Positions 49,485 through 59,257 of a stretch of 64,000 nt of DNA are shown here, piece by piece (positions within the stretch are counted from its first letter, which is position 1; each line of letters begins with the position of its first letter). The notes below the pieces were generated by a model, which saw only the letters and a program-made list of their open reading frames with translations, was not told the origin of the DNA and ran no database searches. Source of the DNA: Bacteroidia bacterium (GTDB taxonomy: Bacteria; Bacteroidota; Bacteroidia; Bacteroidales; GCA-2748055); the NCBI GenBank assembly GCA_030639005.1, contig DAOWDN010000091.1, positions 15,110-79,109 on the forward strand, given 5' to 3'. The translations under genes and the position numbers were made by a program.

Positions 49485-50363
49485 TCAGAATATTACCTCA
49501 CCCGGCATACCGATCTTCAGGCTTCCGTCGTTGCTTACCATCACCTTGATGGCGTACACCAGGTTCACCCTCTCCTCCCTGGTCTGGATAATCTTGGGGG
49601 TAAATTCGGCACGTGGAGAGATCCAGCTCACCATCCCGGTGATCTCCTCCATGCCCTCCTGCACATCAAAACGGACCCGAACTTCTTTCCCGACAATGAC
49701 CGAAGAGAGCTGGTTGCCCGACACATAGGCCCTCAATATCAGTTCATCCAGGTTGGCCACCTTATAGAGGGGCTGACCAGGGGCTGCAATTTCACCCTCC
49801 TCTTTGTATTTGGTCAATAAGATTCCGTTTATGGGATTCCGGATGGCACATTTCAGGATCTGGTCCTCCACCTGTCTGATCTGCACCTCCAGGGTCTTCC
49901 TCTCGGCATAGACCGATGATTTTTGAGACTCCGTGGCAAGGATCTGAGCTTCCAGCAGGGCGATCTGACCATTCATATCATCCTGCTGCTGACTGGTGGC
50001 TGCCCCCCCTTCCACCAGCTTATCGATGCGCTGCTTTTCACGCTCCAGGTTGTTCATCCGGACACGGCTGGCGGTGATTTGTGCATCCAGGGTTTGGATC
50101 CTAGTGCCCAGGGAGGCAAAACCGGACTCAAGCTGAATCTTTTTCAGGTAGTGCTGCGTGGTATCGATAACCACGCTCACCTGGTCCTCCTGCAGGGTGG
50201 CACCCTCCTCAGGCTCAAAAGCCACGACTCTCCCCTGCGACTCGGCCGAGACCATTACCTCTATGGCTTCAAAATTCCCGTAAGCATCGGCAACTTCCTC
50301 ATGCTTGCTGCAGGCAGCAAGGAAAAGAAGCAAGAACGGTAGTATATATCTGCTTGACTTCAT
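49485..50363 (-). CDS. HlyD-family periplasmic adaptor lipoprotein (YbhG-like)
   Basis: 292 aa with the lipobox LLFLAAC, a coiled-coil middle, and a beta-barrel C-terminus. Confidence 0.8.
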   Translation of the reverse strand: MKSSRYILPFLLLFLAACSKHEEVADAYGNFEAIEVMVSAESQGRVVAFEPEEGATLQEDQVSVVIDTTQHYLKKIQLESGFASLGTRIQTLDAQITASRVRMNNLEREKQRIDKLVEGGAATSQQQDDMNGQIALLEAQILATESQKSSVYAERKTLEVQIRQVEDQILKCAIRNPINGILLTKYKEEGEIAAPGQPLYKVANLDELILRAYVSGNQLSSVIVGKEVRVRFDVQEGMEEITGMVSWISPRAEFTPKIIQTREERVNLVYAIKVMVSNDGSLKIGMPGEVIF

Positions 50364-50374
50364 GGTAGCTTGTT

Positions 50375-51640
50375 TTAAAGATTTCCCTGAATGGTTAAAT
50401 AGTTGGCCATAGCCTGCATAAGCTGAACCTGGTGGGTGGCCAGTCTGATCCTTGCCAGGCTCTCCTTGTTCAGCTCAGTAACATAGTCGGTGGCGGTTAT
50501 GGTGCCGTTGGCCAGTTTGACGGCTGCATACTCGGAGATCTCTTGCTGCAGGACCACTACCTGCTCCTCCATCTCCATGGTAAGCCGGTACTGTTCAATA
50601 AGGGCCTCTTCCTGGACCAGGATCGATTCCAGCTCCTTATCAAAGGTGGCACGCTGGTTCTGAATCACCTGCTGCTGGTACCCGATTACCTGTTTTTCAT
50701 TTTTGGTATGGCTCCAGTCCCACAGGTTCCAGCGTAATCCGGCACCCACCCGGTAATAGAAATCCCAGTCCGAACTCATCATGTTGTAGCCCGGCTTTCC
50801 ATACCCGGTCTGTCCAAAGGCATAGAGAACCGGCATCCGCTTCTTGCCGACCAGTTCCTTCCCAGCCTCCAGGGAAGCGTTTTTCAGGTCAAACAACTTG
50901 TGCTCGGGCCGGATCACCTGACCGGTATTGTACTCTTCAAACTGCGGAGTCTCCAAAACCACATTGCCCGACAGGGTCTCCCCGCACAAGACTTTCAGGG
51001 CATCCATAAAGGAGCTCTTTCGCGATTCCACCTCAATCATGGATTGTTTCACTTTCAGCTTCTCCACCTCTATAACTTTGATCTCCGCTTCCAGCAGGGT
51101 ACCGTGAGCAATGGCTGTCCGCATAACCTCCTCGCGGGCTTCCAGATTCTCCATGTGAATCTCCAGGTTCAGCTTATTCTCCTGCAACACCAGAATGGCA
51201 AAGAAATAGCTGTTCACCTTTCCTTTGATCCCGTAGAGATCCACCTCTACTTTCTGCAGATCAGCTTCTGTCAACGCCTCCTCATAACTCTTTTTCGTCC
51301 TGGCGATCCCCCCGTCATAAAGGTTCTGAGAAACATCCAGGTTCAACCCGTACTGATCGTGGGGAACTTCCGGGAACTCCACCGGGATGGTGGGATCGGT
51401 CAGCGCCACAGTCACCACATCGGACTGATAACTTATCTTTCCATTGAGGTTCAGCGACGGATACCACGTGGTTCCTGCCTGGTCCACTTTCAATTCACCC
51501 ATTTGCCTGATCAGCTCCCGGTCGCCCAGCCTGGGTGCGTTTTCTATGGCCAGCCTGTGACATTCGGCCAGCGTAAAGGTCCCCTGTCCCCAAACCAGGC
51601 CGGAAACAAGAAGAAATAGTGCTGTTGTTAGTGCTTTCAT
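50375..51640 (-). CDS. TolC-family outer membrane efflux protein
   Basis: 421 aa with a signal peptide and two OEP-type helical repeats. Confidence 0.8.
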   Translation of the reverse strand: MKALTTALFLLVSGLVWGQGTFTLAECHRLAIENAPRLGDRELIRQMGELKVDQAGTTWYPSLNLNGKISYQSDVVTVALTDPTIPVEFPEVPHDQYGLNLDVSQNLYDGGIARTKKSYEEALTEADLQKVEVDLYGIKGKVNSYFFAILVLQENKLNLEIHMENLEAREEVMRTAIAHGTLLEAEIKVIEVEKLKVKQSMIEVESRKSSFMDALKVLCGETLSGNVVLETPQFEEYNTGQVIRPEHKLFDLKNASLEAGKELVGKKRMPVLYAFGQTGYGKPGYNMMSSDWDFYYRVGAGLRWNLWDWSHTKNEKQVIGYQQQVIQNQRATFDKELESILVQEEALIEQYRLTMEMEEQVVVLQQEISEYAAVKLANGTITATDYVTELNKESLARIRLATHQVQLMQAMANYLTIQGNL

Positions 51641-52254
51641 TTGGAAGGATTTTGCATCATGAATTGTTTCACCATCCCTGGAACCAGTTTTTTACGCTCC
51701 TTCATTGCAGCGATATAGGCATCGTTGTCCCCGTCAAAAAGAATATCTATGATGACCGGTCGTGCTGCAAATGGAAAAATACAGAGGCTTAAGATATTGA
51801 TAATAAGCTGTATGGAGTCATAATTCTGATCAGCCGGCAAAACTCCATCTGCAGCCATTTTCTTTTTAGCTATGGCCGGATTAATTCCCATCTCCCTGAT
51901 GATCTGTGGCATTCTTGCGGGATTGGACGATAGCTCCTGCAACACAAAGGTGGGGATCTGGGGATTTTCAATCAAGGTATCGATGACCGTCTCGACCATC
52001 GCCGGCACATACTCCTGGAAGGTGATATCGGAGTGGAGTATGGATGCCAGGCTGGGGACAAAACTGCCCATTGCTTTGCGGAACACCGCTTCAAACAACT
52101 GGTCCTTGCTCCGAAAATAGTAATTCAGCAGGGTGCGGTTGATCCCGGCATCATTGGCAATATCCTGCATGGAGCATCCTGCCTTCCCTCTCTGGTAGAA
52201 TAGTTTTTCTGCCGATGCAATGATCTTCTCTTCAGTTTCTGTTTGGAGTACCAT
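51637..52254 (-). CDS. TetR/AcrR family transcriptional regulator
   Basis: 205 aa. ..FYQRGKAGCSMQDIANDAGINRTLLNYYFRSK.. is the HTH. Confidence 0.9.
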   Translation of the reverse strand: MVLQTETEEKIIASAEKLFYQRGKAGCSMQDIANDAGINRTLLNYYFRSKDQLFEAVFRKAMGSFVPSLASILHSDITFQEYVPAMVETVIDTLIENPQIPTFVLQELSSNPARMPQIIREMGINPAIAKKKMAADGVLPADQNYDSIQLIINILSLCIFPFAARPVIIDILFDGDNDAYIAAMKERKKLVPGMVKQFMMQNPSK

Positions 52255-52282
52255 AATATTGACAAAAGGGTTTTACATAATT

Positions 52283-52302
52283 GTTTAACGTTTTCGTTAA
52301 AC
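52283..52302. promoter_or_regulatory. candidate TetR operator: perfect inverted repeat GTTTAACG-TTTT-CGTTAAAC
   Basis: 8-bp arms, located 29-48 bp upstream of the TetR start codon at the head of the exporter operon. Confidence 0.5.
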
Positions 52303-52435
52303 TATTTGGTAAATATAATTCCTTTCCTAATTCGTGTCAAGTTTTTATCGTAGAAAAAGAAATAATCGTATCTTTCGCTTCTTTAAAATCAGTGTAAATT
52401 AGAATTGTAAATAACTAATTAACAATAGTTTAATT

Positions 52436-54202
52436 ATGAATAAGACGTTTTTACTTCTCCTGATTCCAATGCTGTTTTCATGTCAGCCACGGTTTGAAGA
52501 GGAGATAACCGTACAGGAGATTGAGGAACACATCACATTTTTGGCCTCAGAAGAACTCAAGGGACGCTATCCCGGTACAGCTGAAGATCAGAAGCTCTCA
52601 GAATATATTGCTGCTGAATTCAGGAATGCAGGCCTTGACCTGTATGAAAAAAGCGGTATACAGCATTTTGATATTGTGACTGACCTGGAGCTGGGATCCG
52701 ACAACAGCTTCCTGTTGGGTGAGTCTGAACTCGCCCCCGGATCAGATTACTCTCCCCTCTCTTTCAGTAATTCAGGTTCAGTAAAGGCTGAAGTGGTTTT
52801 TGCAGGCTACGGATTCCAGATTGAAGATGAGGAGATCGTGTGGAACGATTATGCCGGCGTGGAGGTAAGCGGGAAATGGGTATTGATTTTCCGCGGGGTA
52901 CCAGGAGAACAGGATGCATCGTCGCCCTATGTAAACTACAGTGAAGACAGGGGAAAAGCGCTTCTGGCCTCCGACCAGGATGCTGCAGGTGTAATTTTTG
53001 TTTCCGGTACATCTTTCGATCCCAAGGACCAGCTTTCGGAGCTGAAAGGGAAACAACACGCCCTCTCCATCCCGGTGGTCCACGTGGGAAGAGAGACAGC
53101 GGACCGGATCATTGAAGCTTCCGGGTCGGAAAGCCTGGAAAAACTTGAAAGCGCATTTGCAGAAAGTCTTCAGCCATCCTCCTTCTCTACCGGTACTGAA
53201 GTGGATATTACCGTCGATCTTCAACCCAAAAAGATGGTCACTTCCAATGTCATCGCCATCCTGAAAGGATCCGATCCTGCACTGAAAGAGGAGTATGTGA
53301 TCATAGGTGCCCACCACGACCACCTGGGCATGGGCGGACCCGGCACCTCTTCGCGGGCCCCCGATACCCTGGCCGTTCATTGGGGTGCAGACGACAACGC
53401 ATCGGGTGTGGCCGGGGTCATGGAGATTTCAGAAGCCATGGCGGCCGCTTCGCCTGCTCGCAGCGTGGTTTTTGCCACCTTTGGAGCAGAGGAGATGGGA
53501 CTTGTGGGATCCAAATACCTGTCAGAGCATTCACCGGTCGATATGGATGCAGTTCAGACCATGATCAACCTGGATATGATAGGGAGACTGAATGAGGACC
53601 GGCAGGTGCAGGTTGGCGGGATCGGGACCTCTCCCGGTTTCAAGGCACTGCTCGACTCGGTCAACAGCAGCTATGGATTCAGTTTGAAATACTCCAACGA
53701 AGGATTCGGACCGTCCGATCATGCATCGTTTTATGCCAAAGATGTGCCGGTTCTGTTTATCTCCACCGGCGCCCATCCCGATTACCACACTCCCGGCGAT
53801 CATATTTCAGCCATCAATATGGAAGGAGCACAGGAGGTCATGTTATTTGCTTCCGAGGTGGCCATAGCCCTGGCAAACGAGCAGGAGCGCATTGCCTTTA
53901 CCGAAGCGGGACCCAAAGTGAGAGGTTCTTCACGCGGTCGGCGGGGTGGAATCACCCTTGGACTCATGCCCGATATGACCTATGACGGAAGTGAGGGTAT
54001 GCCGGTCATGTTTGTAACTGAAGGAAAGCCTGCAGCTGTAGGCGGCATTCAGAAGGACGATATCATCGTCGCCATCGAAGGAAAAAATGTGGGCAATATC
54101 TACGACTATATGAGCCGCCTGGAACAACTGAAAGAGGGCATGGATATCGTGGTTACCGTGAAAAGGGACGAGGATCTCCTCGACCTTGTGATCAGAATCT
54201 AA
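52436..54202 (+). CDS. M28 family metallopeptidase with PA domain and C-terminal PDZ domain
   Basis: 588 aa. ..IGAHHDHLG.., ..GADDNASGVAGVME.., ..FGAEEMGLVGS.. and ..DHASF.. are present. The C-terminus ..GGIQKDDIIVAIEGKNV.. is PDZ-like. Confidence 0.8.
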   Translation: MNKTFLLLLIPMLFSCQPRFEEEITVQEIEEHITFLASEELKGRYPGTAEDQKLSEYIAAEFRNAGLDLYEKSGIQHFDIVTDLELGSDNSFLLGESELAPGSDYSPLSFSNSGSVKAEVVFAGYGFQIEDEEIVWNDYAGVEVSGKWVLIFRGVPGEQDASSPYVNYSEDRGKALLASDQDAAGVIFVSGTSFDPKDQLSELKGKQHALSIPVVHVGRETADRIIEASGSESLEKLESAFAESLQPSSFSTGTEVDITVDLQPKKMVTSNVIAILKGSDPALKEEYVIIGAHHDHLGMGGPGTSSRAPDTLAVHWGADDNASGVAGVMEISEAMAAASPARSVVFATFGAEEMGLVGSKYLSEHSPVDMDAVQTMINLDMIGRLNEDRQVQVGGIGTSPGFKALLDSVNSSYGFSLKYSNEGFGPSDHASFYAKDVPVLFISTGAHPDYHTPGDHISAINMEGAQEVMLFASEVAIALANEQERIAFTEAGPKVRGSSRGRRGGITLGLMPDMTYDGSEGMPVMFVTEGKPAAVGGIQKDDIIVAIEGKNVGNIYDYMSRLEQLKEGMDIVVTVKRDEDLLDLVIRI

Positions 54203-54222
54203 TAACGAATAAATAAAGGATT

Positions 54223-55092
54223 ATGAAGCTGAAAAAAGTATTGTTCTGGGTTCTGGCAGTGATTATATCAATGGCCGCCATGTTTTACCAGCGGATGACC
54301 GGACCCACCTACCCGAAAAAATATGAAATAAGTTACCAGAACGAGGAATATAGCTTTACCCTTCCACGTTCCAATAATGGAAGACCAGGCGATTACCCAG
54401 TGGAAATTCAGCTTCCCGATGCCTTTTCTGCTAATCTGGTCTGGCGTCTCTTCCCCACTGATAACTCCTGGGATACCCTGGAAATGGAAAGGCAGGGAGA
54501 TCTTCTGAGTACAAGTCTCTCCCATCAACCACCAGCCGGTAAAATTGAATACCACCTGGAATTAATGGCCGATGACAAACCAATTGATTTGCTTGAAGAT
54601 GAGAACGTAGTCATCCGGTTCCGGGGTGATGTGCCTGCCTGGGCCCTGATTCCACATGTACTAATGATGATATTGACTGTGATCTGGTCCATGGCCACCA
54701 TCCTGTTCGCTCTTGCCAACATGCCGGAGTACAAAAGGTATACCGGGATCACCATTATATTGCTGCTTATTGGTGGGTTCATCCTGGGTCCCATTGTGCA
54801 GAAATACTCGTTCGGACAATTATGGACCGGGTGGCCGCTGGGCGAGGACCTGACCGACAATAAAGTGTTGTTTGCCCTGATAGCATTCCTGGTGGCCTGG
54901 TTCCTGAGGAAAAAATCTTATGGCCGATGGCTGTCCATTGGTGCAGCCCTGGTGATGCTTGCTGTATACCTTATCCCGCACAGCATGAACGGATCTGAAC
55001 TGGATCCCGAGTCAGGCGAGGTGGTAACCGGCAGCCTGCTGCTGCTTCTTACCAGGTTCCGGACGGGAGTGCGTATCAAACACCATATGTGA
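54223..55092 (+). CDS. membrane protein of unknown function
   Basis: 289 aa with an N-terminal TM, a soluble domain of about 120 aa, then 4-5 TM helices. Two helices carry an IPH motif. Confidence 0.7.
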   Translation: MKLKKVLFWVLAVIISMAAMFYQRMTGPTYPKKYEISYQNEEYSFTLPRSNNGRPGDYPVEIQLPDAFSANLVWRLFPTDNSWDTLEMERQGDLLSTSLSHQPPAGKIEYHLELMADDKPIDLLEDENVVIRFRGDVPAWALIPHVLMMILTVIWSMATILFALANMPEYKRYTGITIILLLIGGFILGPIVQKYSFGQLWTGWPLGEDLTDNKVLFALIAFLVAWFLRKKSYGRWLSIGAALVMLAVYLIPHSMNGSELDPESGEVVTGSLLLLLTRFRTGVRIKHHM

Positions 55093-55253
55093 TGCAAAAA
55101 TTTCAGTGCGCCGTTTGTGGTTATGTATACGATCCCGTGGAAGGGGATCCGGACAGTGGTATTGCACCGGGTACTGAATTTAAGGATATCCCTGAAGACT
55201 GGTACTGCCCGGTTTGCGGGGTTTCTAAAAGAGATTTTGAACCGGTGGAGTAA
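55092..55253 (+). CDS. rubredoxin
   Basis: Manual translation gives [53 protein letters not shown] (53 aa) with CxxCG and CPxCG. It is below the track length cutoff. Its ATG shares one base with the upstream TGA. Confidence 0.9.
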   Translation: MQKFQCAVCGYVYDPVEGDPDSGIAPGTEFKDIPEDWYCPVCGVSKRDFEPVE

Positions 55254-55262
55254 GGAAATGGG

Positions 55263-56717
55263 TCAGGGAGCCTGTTTCAGCAGCTCCAGCAGGAATACCC
55301 AGAATTTCTCGACCGTATCGATACGTATACGCTCCTCCGGGGTGTGTGCTCCCTTGATGGTCGGACCAAACGAGATCATATCCAGGTCGGGATACTTCTG
55401 TAAAAAGAGTCCGCACTCCAGCCCGGCATGGATCGCTTTCACATCAGGTTCCTTCAGGAACAGCTCCTGGTAGACCCTCTCGGAGATCTTCAGCACCTCC
55501 GACGAAATGTCAGGTTTCCAACCGGGGTAACCGTCTGAATGCTTCACCGAAGCCCCCATCAGACTGAACAGCGATCCCATCCTGTTGGCAATATCCTGTT
55601 TGGCCGATTCGACACTGCTGCGCTGACTGGTAACAATCTCCAGCGTATCTTCGCCCGAATGTTTGATGGATGCAAGGTTTGTGGAGGTCTCCACCAATCC
55701 GGGAATCTCCTGGCTCATGGCTACAACGCCGTGGGGGCATGCATAGAGTGCATTGAACAGCTTTCTTTGTGATTTACGGCGCATACTGAACTCAGGGGGA
55801 TCTGCCTGCTCCAGTGTCATATCAAATTCCGGCTCGATCACCTCCATTTCACTTCTCAGGATGCTTACAAATGATTCAAAATAGACCCGGATCAGGTCCA
55901 GGCTCCCGGTAGGGGCCATGATCAGCGCCTCTGACTCACGGGGTATGGCATTCCTGGCCTTCCCTCCCTCCAGGGTGGAGAGTCTGATCTTAAAACGCTG
56001 ATCAGCGTTCCAGAGAAATCTGTTCAGAATCTTCACAGAGTTTCCGTATCCCCGGTGGATCTCATCCCCCGAATGGCCTCCCTGCAATCCCCCTACCTTC
56101 ACCCGTAGAGCGATCCAGTTTCTCTTAACCCTCCTCTTCTTATACTTATAGGATGCTACTGTATCAATCCCACCGGCACAACCGATGAAGATCTCTCCTT
56201 CATCCTCCGAATCAAGATTCAGCAATATTGAACCCTTTAGAAATCCGGGCTGCAAGCCTAAAGCACCAGTCATCCCGCTCTCCTCATCAATGGTAAAGAG
56301 ACATTCCAGAGGACCATGTTCAATGGCACCGGAGGCCAGAATGGCCAATGATGCAGCAATCCCGATTCCGTCGTCGGCACCCAGGGTGGTTCCCTTTGCC
56401 CTTACCCATCCCTCTTCCTGGTAAGAGTTTATGGGATCCTTGTCAAAATCATGTTTTACTTCAGCCTGCTTCTCTCCCACCATATCGGCATGCGACTGCA
56501 GGATAATGCCTTTTCTAAGCTCAAATCTCTTTGTGGCCGGCTTGGATATCAGAAGGTTACCCACACGGTCCCTCTTGTGTGAGAGCTTGTGCTTTTTGGC
56601 AAAACTAATCAGGTAAGTGATGATCTTCTCCTCCTTTTTGGAAATTCTGGGTATGGCGAGAATTTCATTAAAATACCCCCATACCTCCTCGGGTTTGAGG
56701 CTGTCTAATTTCTGCAT
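55263..56717 (-). CDS. pepD: aminoacyl-histidine dipeptidase (M20 family, PepD)
   Basis: MQKLDSLKPEEVWGYFNEILAIPRISKKEEKI.. starts at ATG 56717. ..LQSHADMV.. and ..LGADDGIG.. are present. Confidence 0.85.
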   Translation of the reverse strand: MQKLDSLKPEEVWGYFNEILAIPRISKKEEKIITYLISFAKKHKLSHKRDRVGNLLISKPATKRFELRKGIILQSHADMVGEKQAEVKHDFDKDPINSYQEEGWVRAKGTTLGADDGIGIAASLAILASGAIEHGPLECLFTIDEESGMTGALGLQPGFLKGSILLNLDSEDEGEIFIGCAGGIDTVASYKYKKRRVKRNWIALRVKVGGLQGGHSGDEIHRGYGNSVKILNRFLWNADQRFKIRLSTLEGGKARNAIPRESEALIMAPTGSLDLIRVYFESFVSILRSEMEVIEPEFDMTLEQADPPEFSMRRKSQRKLFNALYACPHGVVAMSQEIPGLVETSTNLASIKHSGEDTLEIVTSQRSSVESAKQDIANRMGSLFSLMGASVKHSDGYPGWKPDISSEVLKISERVYQELFLKEPDVKAIHAGLECGLFLQKYPDLDMISFGPTIKGAHTPEERIRIDTVEKFWVFLLELLKQAP

Positions 56718-56850
56718 TAACGGATTGAATATATGGCTATATGTTATGCAATACTTTTGTCTCAAATATGATCTTCACCCTTAAAAGAGACTTAAATAAA
56801 TTCTACTTTTAACAAAGATAACATTTATGAAACCTCACTTTTAACTGTTT

Positions 56851-58047
56851 ATGAACATGCGGAAAAGAACCATTGTAGCGCTTCCCGGAGATGGCATCGG
56901 GAGAGTAGTATTAGAGGAGACCATCAGGGTGCTTGACCGGGCCGGATTCAGTGCGGGATATATTGAAGGAGATATTGGCTGGGAGTTCTGGAAAAAAGAG
57001 GGAAATCCGCTGCCCGACAGGACTCTTGAACTGCTGGAACAGCATAAGATCGGACTCTTCGGAGCCATCACCAGCAAGCCCAAAGATGCGGCGGCTTCAG
57101 AACTTGATCCTTCACTCAGGGATCAGGGACTGGTCTACTCCAGCCCCATCGTGGGACTCAGACAGCACTTTAACCTGGATGTTTGTATCAGGCCTTGCAG
57201 GACCTATAAAGGCAACCCGCTCAATTTCATCCGAAGAGGAGCCGGGGACACCATCGAAGAGCCAGGAGTGGATGTGGCCATCTTCCGTCAGAATACAGAA
57301 GGACTTTACGGAGGAGTGGAGTGGAGCAATCCGCCCGACATTGTATACCAGGGGCTTTCCTCCCATCCTAAATTTGTGAAGAATTTTGGTGATGTTCCCG
57401 TGGAGGAGCTTTCTGTCTCGACCCGGATTTTCACAAAACGGGCCACCGAACGAATCCTGAGGGCAGCTTTTGAGTATGCCCGTAAGTTTGGGTATAAAAG
57501 CGTGACGGTTTGCGAAAAACCCAATGTGATCAGGGAAACCTCCGGCATGATGTATAAAATGGCCCAGGAGATCCAGGCAGCCGATTTTTCAGAGATCGAA
57601 CTCTGGAACACCAACATCGATGCCCAGATGATGTGGCTGACCAAGAATCCGGAAAACTACGGAGTCATTGTGGCTGGCAATATGTTCGGAGATATTGTTT
57701 CCGACGGGTTTGCCGGACTAATCGGGGGACTGGGCTTTGCCTGCAGTGCCAACCTGGGAGAGGAGGTATCTGTTTTTGAACCCACCCATGGATCGGCTCC
57801 CAAGTATGCCGACTACCCCGAGAGCATTGTCAATCCCATCGCCATGATGGAGTCGGCCTGCATGATGCTCGACCACATTGGTGAAGCGGAGGTGGCAAAA
57901 AGGATCAGGAACTCCATTGCGAAGGTGATCCTGGAGGGAAAGGTCAGAACCTACGACATGATGAAAATGGCCGGCCGGGCCGATGTGATCAAGAATGGTG
58001 CTGCCTCCACCAGGCAGATGACCGATGCTATCATTGCAAATCTATAA
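56851..58047 (+). CDS. isocitrate/isopropylmalate dehydrogenase family protein (substrate not assignable)
   Basis: 398 aa. ..IVALPGDGIG.. and ..NMFGDIVSDGFAGLIGGLG.. are present. Confidence 0.75.
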   Translation: MNMRKRTIVALPGDGIGRVVLEETIRVLDRAGFSAGYIEGDIGWEFWKKEGNPLPDRTLELLEQHKIGLFGAITSKPKDAAASELDPSLRDQGLVYSSPIVGLRQHFNLDVCIRPCRTYKGNPLNFIRRGAGDTIEEPGVDVAIFRQNTEGLYGGVEWSNPPDIVYQGLSSHPKFVKNFGDVPVEELSVSTRIFTKRATERILRAAFEYARKFGYKSVTVCEKPNVIRETSGMMYKMAQEIQAADFSEIELWNTNIDAQMMWLTKNPENYGVIVAGNMFGDIVSDGFAGLIGGLGFACSANLGEEVSVFEPTHGSAPKYADYPESIVNPIAMMESACMMLDHIGEAEVAKRIRNSIAKVILEGKVRTYDMMKMAGRADVIKNGAASTRQMTDAIIANL

Positions 58048-58057
58048 CACCCTTTCT

Positions 58058-58618
58058 ATGGAAACCATCAAACCTGAAGTACTGGAACTGTGGCCCGAAC
58101 TGGAGTGGATCGCAAATGAAAATTTACGCCTGGGCACCGCCAGGGTATGGGAGAGCGCCCTGGAAAAGAGTGTCCTGAGCCCGGACGATCTGAACCGGAT
58201 CCCGTTTACCCTGTTGTGCGGACCCGATCTAAAGGTCACATTTATGGAACACAAACGTGCCGTGGTCCACATTGCCCGGGACAGCGGCAATAAGATGAAC
58301 GAGTTTTTCGGAGAGGAACTACCTGTGGATATGGATGTGCTGATCTCAGGAGCCATACTGGCCGATGTGGGTAAACTGCTGGAGTATGTGCTGGACGAAA
58401 ACGGCAAAGCGGTCCAGGGGAGTTACGGGAAATACCTGCGTCACCCCTTTTCCGGGGTCTCGCTGGCCGAAAGCTGTGGTATTCCCGCAGAGGTGTGTCA
58501 CATTATAGCGGCCCATGCGGGCGAAGGCAACATGGTCAAACGAAGCACCGAAGCGTACATCGTTCATCATGCGGATTTTATGACCTTCTTGCCGTTTAAA
58601 CAGAAGAGTCAGTCGTAA
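58058..58618 (+). CDS. HD domain-containing protein
   Basis: METIKPEVLELW.. starts at ATG 58058. ..HKRAVVHIA.., ..AILADVGK.. and ..IIAAHAGEG..HHADF.. are present. Confidence 0.6.
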   Translation: METIKPEVLELWPELEWIANENLRLGTARVWESALEKSVLSPDDLNRIPFTLLCGPDLKVTFMEHKRAVVHIARDSGNKMNEFFGEELPVDMDVLISGAILADVGKLLEYVLDENGKAVQGSYGKYLRHPFSGVSLAESCGIPAEVCHIIAAHAGEGNMVKRSTEAYIVHHADFMTFLPFKQKSQS

Positions 58619-58854
58619 TCAAACCCTCTATCCCAGGCTCCTGGCATCTGTCTTATTTTTTAAGTAGCGATTGAATCATCTTCAGGTTGTTCTTCACCGG
58701 TGGATCGGTGCCCCTCCCTTGAGCAGATACTCTGACTGGCCGAATGAGGTTTTGGGCATCTATCACTCCTGGGGTCGTGCCAAAATCACGGCCGGAACAA
58801 TCAGTCGCAGGCAGAAGATTGTAATGTTTGTTTTCATGAGGGTCCTCTGCTCAT

Positions 58855-59244
58855 TCAATAAGAAAGTTGTTCTGGAAGTATATCCACAAAATCAGGAGGT
58901 ACCTCCTCAGTAAACCTCACAGCTTTGATCTCGTGAAGTCCTTGATATAAAGCCTTTGCAACCCTGTGCATTCCGTCCATAACTTTACCCGTATTCGATA
59001 ATATGATAGGATAGCACAGTTCAGTATCATTCATTAATCGAAAATGCTCTACGATGGAACGACAGCTTGGTTCGTCATCGGACCCCTGATACCAGAAATT
59101 CTCATCAATCTCATTAATATCTTCTAAACTTACTGTGAGAACAGGGAGTGCTTTCGACTTTTCAATCAATTTATCAACGTCCCAGGCAAAATAGCCATTC
59201 CCTGACGGCTGAAAGTAGTATTGCTTCCTCATGATTCTTGCCAT
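58855..59244 (-). CDS. small ParB/sulfiredoxin-fold-like protein, function unknown
   Basis: 129 aa. ..YPIILSNTGKVMDGMHRVAKAL.. resembles the ParB-N DGhHR motif. It is visibly AT-richer than its neighbours. Confidence 0.55.
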   Translation of the reverse strand: MARIMRKQYYFQPSGNGYFAWDVDKLIEKSKALPVLTVSLEDINEIDENFWYQGSDDEPSCRSIVEHFRLMNDTELCYPIILSNTGKVMDGMHRVAKALYQGLHEIKAVRFTEEVPPDFVDILPEQLSY

Positions 59245-59257
59245 TCCACCTGTCCAT

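Noticed and set aside
55117-55473. 118-aa plus-strand ORF listed in the track
   Set aside because: Its 5' part overlaps the true rubredoxin gene in a different frame. Its 3' part is antisense to pepD. The translation has no motifs.
56851-58618. IDH/IPMDH-family dehydrogenase plus HD-domain gene as a possible novel pair
   Set aside because: Only a 10-bp spacing links them, and both belong to very broad families. I have no sequence-level reason to propose a joint function. A neighbourhood conservation analysis would be needed before making any claim.
58671-58913. 80-aa plus-strand ORF in the HD/ParB-like intergenic region
   Set aside because: It runs into the 3' end of the minus-strand ParB-like gene and has no signal or motif content. 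I treat it as non-coding. The minus-strand mini-ORFs (58763-58837 and the in-frame follower) are reported only as possible gene decay.
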